A stretch of 63,885 nucleotides of DNA from Oculina patagonica (Eukaryota), in contig NC_135771.1 of NCBI RefSeq assembly GCF_052425735.1, positions 24,924,116 to 24,988,000 on the forward strand. Reading direction: 5' to 3'. The position numbers and the translations under genes are program-made. The first letter of the stretch is position 1; each line of letters starts with the position of its first letter. Below the pieces are notes generated by a model, which was not told the origin of the DNA, searched no databases, and was given only the letters and a program-made list of their open reading frames with translations. Positions 13,107 to 24,900 of this stretch are shown piece after piece.

Positions 13107-13999
13107 TAGGAGACTTGTGTCGTTTTAAATGCTATTTTTTTTATTTATATACTAATCTTAGGTAGATAGTGTTTTTTTCTTCATTTTTTTCTTTCACAAA
13201 TGTACAGTGCAAAATTAAATGTGGTACCATTTGGAGCGAGGTTTCCCGGCCAATGTGTTTATCGCCCTTCTTTCGCCTCCAAGAACGCTGAACGTCGCAG
13301 GGAAACTAAACTTACAATGTTATCTTAGGGCTAAGCTAACACCCAATAAAGCAAGAGAAATACTTCCGTTAAATAACGTAATGAATTGAATTATTTTTTG
13401 AGTGCTTATTGAAAAAAAGAACTAACAATAAAATTGTCAAGGACGTTTTCCTGGACGTGAGTGTCTATTCTTTTTAGTAGTAAGTGTTACAGTATTTACT
13501 AAAACTATTTGGTCTGCTTTTTGTCGACAACCCCACCACCCCCCCCCCCCCTCCCTGTTAATCCATACGACTTTTTATCTCTTAAGACGTCATAATGAAT
13601 GCGTGAGTAGTAACTCATATTCAGTGGAACTCTATTTAAAGCGATGTAACGAGCAGCTCAAAATTAGTACAACTGCAAATTTGTAACATACGGTATTTTC
13701 TCAATTAAACGCCCCAGGTTTTTATTTTAATCTTGACTTGCTGGACCCTGTGTTTATTCGAGCCCGGTAGTTATTAAGCAAGGGGTTTTATACATTATTT
13801 TTGCGATATATCTTGCCATTACAACTGCAGCTTTTTATGCCTCAAATATATGTTTGAGGGGGCTATTTAAAACTCCACCTTGAAAGCCCGGCGTTAATTC
13901 GAGAAAATTTCGGTACACTGAATATTGCATAAAGAAAGATAATTTTTAAAACACTTCTTAGTTGAAAATTATCAACTTAGTGTTGATAAAAGTAATTTG

Positions 14000-14116
14000 A
14001 CGGCGGTGTCAAATTTGGAAAAGCTGACGTTTCGAGCGTTCGTCCTTCGTCACAGCAAAATGCGCCGAAGAGGGTAAACGCTCGAAACGTCAGCTTTTCC
14101 AATTTTGTCACGGCGG
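14000..14116. mobile_element. Penelope-like element relic: palindromic pair of degenerate minimal hammerhead ribozymes
   Basis: Perfect 26-bp inverted repeat 14015-14040 / 14077-14102. Each arm carries (C/G)(C/T)GAnGA...gctcGAAACGTC. Confidence 0.65.
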
Positions 14117-15299
14117 TTTACTTACCTTAATTAACTTTTTGCTGATAATCTACCCAGCTAGCGTTAATCGAACCCAGCTTAGACTACCAAACTATTCTGT
14201 ATATGGTCATAAGTTCTTTATGCGAAACGCCCCGGCGTTTCGAAAAGGATCTAGAATGAATTTCAAAATATATATCTACTGTGTTTTTTTTGGGGGGGGG
14301 GGGGGGGGGGGCCGGTATTGGGTGTGGTCCTTGTTGCGCATCGATATCCCGAGAAAAAAAGGCTTTTTTTTTGCAATCTAGAAAGCTGCAAGCGCGTGAC
14401 ACGCCCACCACGCCTTTATCTAAGGACACGCTTTTCTTTACATATGTTGTAGGATTTTCCAAATGGAAAAAAAGATTTAGATACAAGGCGTGTGAAGAAA
14501 TTTTTTTAAGGTTTGCGGCAGTGAAGGAATTTATATGAGCAGGTACTCTTGAGGTATTTGCATAAGCTTATCAAAACAATTTATTAAGAAGTTCACACCT
14601 ACTGTTGCACTGAAATAATCTAAGAACTTCTTACTTTAGTCATTACTTAATAAAACAAGAATTTTGGGAAAAGCAGTTGATTAAAAACGAGATTATAAGT
14701 TGAACTCTACATGTCGACAATGAATCGTGAGCAATGGAAGAAGTGAATAAAACTTTTAAGTACGTGCATGTTACAATTGCATGTATCTTAAGTGAATCTC
14801 GTGTTATATACAAGGCGATTTTTATACAATGTCTCTATGTTTTGAACTTAGTGTCTCTAAAAAGCGGGTGTGTTCGTAAGGAACCATCTACGTTCGTTCT
14901 TCGAAACGTTCTACTGTTCAAAATTTTTTACATGGTTAAATTACGGTTTTGCAACATTAACATTAGTATCGAATTTGAACTTACACTTCAACATATTTTG
15001 CAATAAATTTGTACATATTTCTTTAGCTTTACTTCACGCCAATACCTATTAATGTAAATGGTGTTGAGATATCCAAGGAAATCTGAATAAGTTGCATTAT
15101 GTGTGCAGTCATTAGAGCTGAACTAAGCATATTTTGATGTAACAATGAGGGACCACTAAACCACCCTGAACTGGAACACTCTGGTAGTGTAAGTGAACTT
15201 TTGCTGACTTGTTTACTGTACATGACTGATAAAATGTAATTAGGCTCGTAAGCTTCTTTCTTCTTTGAGTGGAAACGCTCCAGGTCTTCAATGAATAAG

Positions 15300-15611
15300 T
15301 CACCAAAGCTGGACTGAGAACAAACTTGGATGGTTGCAATGAGAATCGTTGAAATACCGATGGCAGAAATGGATATGCTTGTGAGTGAATGAGTTTAGTG
15401 ATTTAACTTGACTTGTGTCTTTTTTTGATTCCGCGTCCTTGGAGTGAAGTGTCAGTTAGTCCGTCGCTTCTTTCTGAGATTTGCCGGTCTTCTCTTTTTC
15501 CTTGCTAACTTCAGATGACGTTTTCACCATTTTCTTGAGAAAAGACACGTAAACGAAGGACAAAACGAAGACTGATCCAACGAAAACTCCAATATCCACT
15601 GCAAAAAGCAT
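15300..15611 (-). CDS. Putative single-pass membrane microprotein: 51 aa to TAA at 15456-15458; 103 codons if that stop is bypassed
   Basis: MLFAVDIGVFVGSVFVLSFVYVSFLKKMVKTSSEVSKEKEKTGKSQKEATD*LTLHSKDAESKKDTSQVKSLNSFTHKHIHFCHRYFNDSHCNHPSLFSVQLW*. TM followed by KK; motif shared with 20990..21154. Confidence 0.5.
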
Positions 15612-18600
15612 ATTTCTTGTGGTAGTGTAACTTACTGACGAGTTACTTCAAAATCCAACAGCACCTTTATCTTCTTACGTGCGTCTTTAACGCAGCCTTT
15701 AGCCAAATGTGTTTTCCCTTCTAAATCATGAACGTGCTTTATCACAGCGACGCTGTTTACTTTCTGCTGGGCTGTTTTGCAAAGCAAGTTATTTTGTATG
15801 ACGCAAGGATTTGAAAAAACCGCGTTATAAAAACTTGATGACTTTTAACCACCGCTTCGCGTAAACTTCAAAATAAAAATGTGCGGCGTTTCAGATACAG
15901 TCACGTTTTCTGTTATCTTTATGTTTACACTGTTTAACTTGTTTTTTAAGTTTTGCTTTCTACCTGGATAACACTCCATTAAGATGAGGGAATATTTTAA
16001 CAGCCTGTTACGGGCTCTGCAATATGCTCACTTAACTTAATTTTCATGATCACGACTAGTCTAGAAGGTGTAAGCCCATCGGAATAGCTAAAGATGCCAT
16101 GTTTACCAGAGTTGTTTTGAACTCTTTGTGAGCACAAAATCACGGGAGAAATTCATAAATAATAAAAAGAACTCCACAAGAGCTTTTTACGGCTAATATG
16201 TGACGACGGGACTATAATACTAAATGGGTAATTGACTAAAAGCGCGGCCCTTATTTTCGCTCGTGCAAAACGTTTTACGACGGCGTGGGCGTTTGCACGT
16301 GCGTTATACATTTTGATACATTTCTTCATCGTCCTCTGGAAAACAGCAATGCAAAATAACAAAAAATAACAAAATTCTGCATGTTTTGTAGACTGTTTAC
16401 AGCCCTCTATTTTTTAGTATTTTTCTCGGTGAAACCGCGGTAACAGTGTGTTGTGCTATGAACAGTCTACGATTTTTGAAGAAAAGTGCATGTCTTCGAA
16501 CTTTTAACGTTTCTTCTTAAATTGAACGCTGTCTTTACAACCAATTCAAGTTCTGATTGACTCCAAGTGCAAAAAAGAATGGATGTAAATAATCGCGAAA
16601 TCATTGAACAACTGAAAAACAATGTTAATATATTGTATATTAACTTTGTTTATGTAAACAGTCGCCTGTGGCTCAAGCTCGCTCTCTTGTTTACATCAGT
16701 CTTTGTAAACAAACGCTTGTTTTTCTATTTGTATGAGACTTGATGCGTTAATAAGCTATCAAGCTGTAGATACACTACGAAGCCTGGCGGACAAATATAT
16801 TACTCACTCTTATCAGGGCTTTAATTTTATGGGGGTTTATGTACTTAAGGGAAGTTTCATCCCATTTCTAGAAGTCAGATCTCTTGCATTTTAGAACTGA
16901 ACTCCACTTTTTTTTGTTCTGTAACTACTATTTTATATTCAGCTAAAAAACACGTAATACCCGTTATAGGCGAAACAGCTGCTCTAACGAATGTTTGACA
17001 AGAACGAGAAAAACTCGTATTTTGCTATTAATAGTGCTGATAACATGTTCCAATTAAAAACTGGATATTTCTTGACTATGCACAGATTTCGTAAGCGAAA
17101 TTTAGACTACGTGCACGCGCAAAGTATGCATTTTAAACTTTGGAATCACGCCTTTAATCATTTCTTTGGTTTTTCCTTTGCAGTAGATTCTTAACTTTGG
17201 ACAGAATATTTATAAATGGCTCCGACAAGAAACTATTTAGTCTTTTTACAGTAAGTCATCGGACTATTCAAATAAACTAAAGATGGGAAGACTCCAAGGC
17301 CAGCAAAACGCCTGCAATCGACTTACTTTCAGAGTCGGCGTACACCGGCGACAACCAAATTGCGGTCATATCCAGCATTTTTTTTTTCTTACAAAAATTT
17401 AGGATCTCGTTTCCAAAGTGCGCTTTGTTTTTGGCGAACACCAAGAAGCGGACTCTGGCCTATTCCGATTTTTGAACATACGCTGAATGTCAGCTAATCA
17501 GATTTGAGCGGGAACTGGAACTGGCCCGAGACGTCACAGTTCTTGTTGATAACCAACGGAAATGCGGTCACTGAGATGAGACTGAAAAGGATCGATTTTA
17601 TATACGAAACTTCGGTGTTGTTTCATAAATCCGCCACATTAATTGTCAAAATTATCTCTCAGTTGTTTGACGAAGCAAATAAGTTAAAAGTTATAACACT
17701 GAATAAATACGTCCTGAACTGATTTGCATTTACTGTAAGACTGAATGGTTGATTTAGAATAATAAGGTTCTTTTTATTTACCAAGCTTGAAGCCCTTCAA
17801 TATTCTGAATGAACCGAACGCTTTTTCCTCATCTTTCTATTTATTTTTGCAATCTCTAATCCAGGAATTTCATCCAGTGTAATTTGCTCCAAGCTTAAAA
17901 AAAATAAAAAATATGTATATCTTAGGTGTAATATCTGATACACTATATTCAAAACATATACGACTTGGAAAACCCATTATGGAACAAAGATAGCTTTAAT
18001 AACCGTGCATATACCATGGCATGGAACTTATTGCAATCATAACACTTTCATCTATGTGTCAGTGTGAAAAAAATACCATGACTTCTTGACAAGATGTGAA
18101 CTCAGATGAGAACCATACAGAACTGTCAATATTGAAAGCAATCATTCTTGCTCCGAATCGTCTCCTGGCCAACAATATGAACGGTGAGGAATGATGCAAA
18201 AAGTAGAGCAAACACAACATCTTGTCCTTATCCAGCGGGTTGTTGCAGAAATAAAGCAATTATTTTTCTTGAAAGAGATGATTTTTCGATGCGAGTAGTT
18301 GAATACGAAGATGCCGTCAGGTCCTATTTAGATGTCAGATCCCCGTCTTGCTATACAGACTGTTGAAGTCTCCTTTGATTAATTTCAAGTCTTGGTCATG
18401 ACATTTTAATATTCCTCAGTCAGTTGTCGATTATCGCTAATTAAAAGAAATAACAAACCACATATCCCTCTAATAGAGCAATGCTGAACACCCAAAATCC
18501 GCTTATCCCCAGATCTGAAGTCTCATGAACTTGAACCGCACCTCAGTAATACAAGTGTCCCATATTATCTTGTTCGACGGGCTGGTAAACTACTGGCTCT

Positions 18601-18864
18601 GATTTCTTGCGGAATTTTCTGCCACGAATATAATGCTGTATCACAATAACATTTGCAACGGAAAATATCACCACTGCAGTGACAATGAGGCAGATTTCTA
18701 CCACTGGCATATCCTTGATGGAATTTATACAGCGGGGCTTGCCGAACTGGACAACTGTACGAGACCCGACACTGTCACACAGTTGCTTCTAGCCACCCAC
18801 CGGTAGCCGGACGTTTTTTACCCCGGGTATTTTTTTCGGGTGTTTTTGCTCTTCCTTTTTTTTC

Positions 18865-18895
<31 letters not shown>

Positions 18896-19429
18896 CCCCT
18901 TTTTCACCCTGACGTTGAATACATGTCGACTAGCCCTGACGAAAAAAAATACCACTTTCTGAGACCACTCCCCTCAGGATAGTTTGTCATAAATCAAAAT
19001 TTAAGTCAAACTGTTCACAAGAGTTGATTGGCTATTCACTTTTCTCTGGTGATTTTCAAAATATGGCACTTACTGGAAACAAATGTGCAAACGCTTTTTA
19101 CAATACGAATCATAAGGATTTACTCTTTTCACCCTTTTTGGTTTTTTTTTTTTTTTTTGGTACGAATCTTCTAAGTTGGGTACGACCCGAGACGAGACGT
19201 ACTGGGTCACACAGTCTGCTTAGCTACCCACCCACCCTCGTTGAGTGCATGTAACTAGCTCCCTTTCACCACTCCCCTCAGGATAGTTTGTCATAAATCA
19301 AAATAGGCCATTTCCGATATATTAAAATTCTAACTTGGCTCCGGGGCGGGGGAAAAAAAAAAAAAAATTTCCCGTGGGGTTTTTTTTTTAATTATTTTTT
19401 TTTTTTTTTTTTTTCCCCCCCCCCCCCCG

Positions 19430-19583
19430 NNNNNNNNNNNNNNNNNNNNNNNNNNNNNNNNNNNNNNNNNNNNNNNNNNNNNNNNNNNNNNNNNNNNNNN
19501 NNNNNNNNNNNNNNNNNNNNNNNNNNNNNNNNNNNNNNNNNNNNNNNNNNNNNNNNNNNNNNNNNNNNNNNNNNNNNNNNNNN
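19430..19583. other. Assembly gap (154 N)
   Basis: Run of N preceded by homopolymer-rich sequence. Confidence 1.
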
Positions 19584-20156
19584 AAACACTCTATAGAAAA
19601 TGGATTAATCAAACTGTCAAATTGATTTATTACTTCTGGTGGTAAAAAGCAGTAAGTCAGTCGGGCATGAAGTAATTCACGATTCAAGATAACCTGCGTT
19701 TAATATCAAAAAAGCCCCCAGGCCATGTGCGAATATGTTAGATATTTGTTACGTAAAACATAGTTTACAGAGCTTTGCTTGTGCTTCGTAGAAACATGGA
19801 CACGAGAATGTCGAGTAAAGCTTAATAAAAGACGCAAAATTGTATACACTCCAGACCCTTTTGAATGAAAAGACAATGGTTTTCGCACAAACGCTTTTAT
19901 TATTATTCATTAATTCAGAAACTAAATGAACACTCAATCAAGACGTTTTTCTTGACTGCTGTGAAATGCTCTAGAATTTTCTTTTTGAAATTTCAATGAA
20001 ACTTACCGTTGCTGTATACTGACGCTCTAACCACATGCTAAAACTGAAACCGTTTGTCGACTCAGTTGCAAGAAAATGGATCAAATTCAAGGCAAGTTTC
20101 TTGGGGTTCCGGTGTGATGCGCTTATACACTACAACTGATCAAGAAGCGTGCTTAA

Positions 20157-20399
20157 ATGCAAATGCTGGGATGGATAGTTATTGTTTTAACTGTGCTCGG
20201 ATCTGGAGTTCTTGCTTACTTCTACTACAAACTGTTAAACTACTTTATAAAAATCAAGTTTGAAAGCGATGATACTTTTGAACCAGAGCCTCAACCGCCG
20301 CAAAGATCAAGAAAGTTTCGTGAAAGCGACTCGGATGAGGAGGAAATTTACTTCTTCAAAGAAATAAACGACATTGACATGAAAATTCATCGAAGTTGA
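20157..20399 (+). CDS. Putative single-pass membrane microprotein, 80 aa
   Basis: N-terminal TM (LGWIVIVLTVLGSGVLAYFYY) followed by basic residues and an acidic/Pro tail. aaATG context; possible upstream acceptor ctcag at 20061-20065. Confidence 0.6.
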   Translation: MQMLGWIVIVLTVLGSGVLAYFYYKLLNYFIKIKFESDDTFEPEPQPPQRSRKFRESDSDEEEIYFFKEINDIDMKIHRS

Positions 20400-20989
20400 G
20401 ATTTAACGCCGATGCTAAAAGATGTTGTAAAGAAACTTCTAGCTTTAATATGGACTGTTATTATATAAAATCAGTTATCGGGTTAACTAGTGTTATTGAA
20501 TTGCGATCGATTATCTTACAAGGACCGTAGACTTCAAATATATGCAGTCTTCTTTAATCATAACATTACATTCCAGTGCATGAAAAAATATTAGAGCTAC
20601 AATATCATTCTAGAAAGTCACATGTTGTACATAGTGCAAGTTCGTATATTGATCGCTTTTCCTATTGTAAATCTAACGGATGGATGAGAGTTCCGGAAGA
20701 GTTTTCAATGTTTCTTCAAGTAACAGCTGCATGATCCAGACGCAAATTCATAGTTCCGTTCTAAGAGATAGTCTATAGCAAAACAAATGTGACATCAAGT
20801 TTCTGACCAATTTCGTCCAAGATTATAAGAAGAGCAGGCTACATGAATGTAGACTACAAATGTCTGTGGAAGACTTTTTTGCAAATGGTCTTCATGACGT
20901 CAGTGACGTGCATCTTTTTTAACACCTCTTAGTATTAAAACAAACACTACAGCTTAGCTCAATACAAAGCAGAACTTTCTGTTCTTGTC

Positions 20990-21154
20990 TCAGAGGATGA
21001 AAGGCACAAAGGTATGGTGATGCGGGTACATGTATATTTTATCCTGCGGTATTTTTCCTTTTACAATGATGTAGACTTGAGCGCCAAAGGCGGCGACGCA
21101 AAGAGCAACAGCACCGACGAAAACTCCGATCACAACTGCAGCTCCTACCACCAT
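20990..21154 (-). CDS. Putative single-pass membrane microprotein, 54 aa
   Basis: MVVGAAVVIGVFVGAVALCVAAFGAQVYIIVKGKIPQDKIYMYPHHHTFVPFIL. Strong polypyrimidine tract plus AG (21184-21185) just upstream; candidate donor at ~21492, implying a noncoding first exon head-to-head with RAVER. Confidence 0.6.
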   Translation of the reverse strand: MVVGAAVVIGVFVGAVALCVAAFGAQVYIIVKGKIPQDKIYMYPHHHTFVPFIL

Positions 21155-21937
21155 ATTTGCGACCACTGCATTATCATGCAAAACTGGGCGAAAAAAGAAG
21201 AGGAGGAGGGGTGGGGAGAGAAAAAAATCCCTTGTCGGCCCCATGCCCAGTGCCTTCCCTTCCCTTTCACTAGCATAAGTCAAAAGACCTTATGTACTTT
21301 TGTTCAATTGTTGTAATATTTTACAGTAAGTAAACTTGTTTTTAACTGTTCTTTTCTTGATTTTTCTCTTGATTACTTAACCTAGCTAGATCTATAGTCT
21401 GTGTACAGCCGAGATAAGGCGGCTGTACACCATTCACAAGATTTTTTCTTACACAAGATTTTTAAATCTGCTATACTTTTTTTACAATTTACCGAACTTT
21501 TCCAAAGATACCCAAAAGGAGGTTAATCAATATCGGAGAATTATTTCCGAAAGTCAGAATACAGTACTTATTAGTTTGGATTTGTGAATGGAGACAAATG
21601 TGGGAGGGGGGGGGCCGGGTTTTCCCCCGCACTATTTATGATATCCTGGGAGACTATCTGGTATCCTTACATGAAGTATTCCCTTGCGTGAACGGACCTT
21701 TCGATCTAAACCGATTGCTGGCGAAAGTTTACGACCAAAACATCGGGCAACCATCGGAGAACAGTCAGAGGGATTGTGGGATACCAGTATTTCCAATCTA
21801 GCGTGTGTTTATCAATGAAAAATGAATTTGCTACAATAGAAAGATTCATGCTGGAATTTCTTATAGTTCGTTTATGAGCTGTTTCCTTTAAGTGACTGTA
21901 AAACCCTAAAGATCAGGGCTGAGGAAATCAATGAGGG

Positions 21938-24900
21938 ATGAACGGGGCAGTTAAGTTAGAAAGCAACTCCGAGATAGGAAGTGATCCGCCGGGAAAGGTA
22001 GAATTTGAGAAACGTCGATGGATTTTGATTACAAATATACCAGATGGTGTAGATTTAGAGGTAAGCTACTGCAATAATATTCGAGCAACTTAGATCGATT
22101 ATTAAGTTGGGAGCTATAAAATAGACATCCATCCCAGAGATACTAAGGCCCGGGCCGAACTTGAGCTTTTAAGCAGCCATCAAAACATGTGAAGTTCGCC
22201 GTTTGCTCTTGTTGAATTTTTTCGACTGATTGTCGATGTTCAAATTTGGATTGACCGGGAATATTAATGGCTGAAGATTGACTCTGGCCGATTCTTATAT
22301 TAAAAAATTAGTTATCATGTAAGAGTCATATACATGTATTATTGGGCTATTACATTTAATATTTGCACATTCCCCCCCACCCCCCCCCCCCCCCCCCCGG
22401 ATTAAGATGAGGATCAGTGTAATTCTTCGGGTAAGGGGCGAAAAATCTGATTGATAATCAAAACTGACAATCAAAACTGGCCAAAGGTTGTAATTTTTGG
22501 TGCTAGCAGCCTCTGGGGTCAAAAATGTACCTAAATCAACACCTGGCCTATCCAATCGGATGTTCCGTAATCGAACCCAGTTGAACATCAATCGTTCAAT
22601 TGGGTTCGGTAATCGAATATAATCAAACTTACAATAAAATTGGTCAATCAAACAAAATCGAACGTTCGATTACCAAACAGTCGACAATCATACTCAATCA
22701 AACGTTGGATTACCGAACCCCTGTTTGTTTATATTGCAGACATTTTGTACAGTGCACCGTCCCCCTGATTCATCCTGCATGATATACTTATCAAGAGACG
22801 GATTTCAATTGTGTTTGATTGCTTCGAAAATTGAGCTGACAGCAAAATAGGTGTTCGATTTTGTTCATGAATATTGTAGTACGCAGGATGTTAACTTGAA
22901 GATTCTTTTAACAGGATTTGAAAGACAATTTCCTTCATGGCTTTGATGTCGTGGATGTCAGAGTAGAAAAGAATACAGGTACATGCTGAAAATTATTACA
23001 TGCTAAAATAATAAAATGTAATAATGATTATGAATAAGTTGCAATCATGGCTCTATTTTGATTGAGATTGATCTTTTAGAGTGTTAAAGCTCACTTGTTT
23101 TATCTGTTCATTTTCAGTGCACATTCTGCTTGGAACCCCAGAGCAGGCTATAAATGCTATCAACTCTCTTAATGGTCAGAATTTTCATGGTTATGTTGTT
23201 GGAGTGTCCCTTGCTCCACCTGACAGCTTCTTGTTTGTTGGCAATTTGCCATTTGAATTCACTGAGGAGCAGTTTAGGAGCTTAATGAGCCCTTTTGGAC
23301 CAATAGAGAGAATATTTCTAGTGCGAAGTTTGTTCACTGGGGAAAGTAAAGGCTATGGTTTTGTGGATTATATAAATCGTGAGTCTGCTTCTCTAGCCAA
23401 ACAGCAATTGATGAGCACAGGCTCAAAATATGTTGGAGGAAGAATATTAAGAGTGAACTTTGCTGAGGCTAATCTGTTGACTTATGAAGATTTGCATTCA
23501 AAGACACTGTTTGTGGACAGACTGCCTCGGGATTTCACCAATGGGGACGTGTTGAGAGATTTATTCAGTCAGAGTGGGACAGTTACATTTGCACAGGTAC
23601 AGTATGTACTGTTAGTAGTAAAGTATCATGAATGATTTTATAAGATAAAGGTCAGAAGGTGAGAAGAGGTTTTACATGTACATGTACTAAGGCCTACCAA
23701 AGTTGAAGAAACAGGTTGTTGAGGGTAGCAAGGCTAAGCTCTAAGAGAATTGGTCTTAGCATCTGGACATCTTACAATGTATTCAATTTGTTCTCTTTGA
23801 TCAGTGACCTGGCCATAATTGGGGGAAGATCCAAAACACGAATACCTCTTCTAGTAATAGTCGCTGGATGAGTGACAATGTGGTTTTTCCCAGACAGAAT
23901 GTTGTCATTTCCTCCTAGCAATGTCTGTCATTTTGACTTGCAATGCAATCAATCAACCCTGACAATGAACGCAACAACTAAGACTGTTCAACGCTCATAC
24001 CTGAATCCACTGTTAGTCAAAGGGACAAGTTGTGTCTTCTGTGCCGACCTTTACTAATTAATTTATTGTTGTATTTAAGGTGGCTGTGAACCAAGCTGGT
24101 ATCTCACGGGGATTTGCCTTTGTTGATTATGTAACGGCAGAAGAGGCAGAAAGAGGTCAAAAGGCACATAACGGGGCATTGTTGGAAGGGACCAATGTCC
24201 GTGTGGCTTATGGGACTCCAGGAAGGACTGGTGCAAGCATACTTGGTGGCCATCATAACACAAATGTGGTATGTCTTGAGCAATTTGGGGCATTTTTTAT
24301 CAACATTTACACTGTACCAAAAATTAAAAAAATAATTTTATTAGCTTGTGCCTATTTGATGCACCCTTACATGTAGTTTCAGTTTGCAGTAAACTGTTAA
24401 TAAAAAATAAGGTTGAGAATGACTTGAACTGCAGGTCACAGCATGTTATTGCTGGGGATAATAATTATTGTACCGTCAGGCTTAGTTATCATTACAAAAA
24501 TTTAAGTCTTCTAATAAGATTGAAAAGCTAAAACATCCTAATTTTGCATGTGTTCTTTTTTATTTAGGGAGGTCAATCACAATTTGGAGCTCGTCCCAGG
24601 GGTCCTACTCCTCAAGGTGCAGATGTGATGGGTGCCCGAGGGCCACGCCCTCTTATGGGACCACGTCCACTTATGGGATCTGAACCTTGGCAGCAAATGT
24701 CAATGTCGCGAGGCCATCCTGGAAGACCACCAAGACCTCTAATGAGACCTGGTCACCCAGTGAGTGCAATGATATAAATTTGAAGTTTAATTATTTGTTT
24801 AACTTGCTTTCTGTCACCAAGGGGTCTGTTGATTGCTACCGCTACATAAGAGCTCAGTCTGACAAGCACCTCACTTGCTTTTATGCCGCCTCCAAAATTT

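Noticed and set aside
18015-18366. A fourth small ORF in the microprotein interval
   Set aside because: Frames are interrupted by stops and there is no Met-initiated TM segment or shared motif.
18755-19430. Short direct duplications (37-mer at 18964 and 19268)
   Set aside because: Adjacent to the N gap and homopolymers, so probably an assembly artefact; not CRISPR-like.
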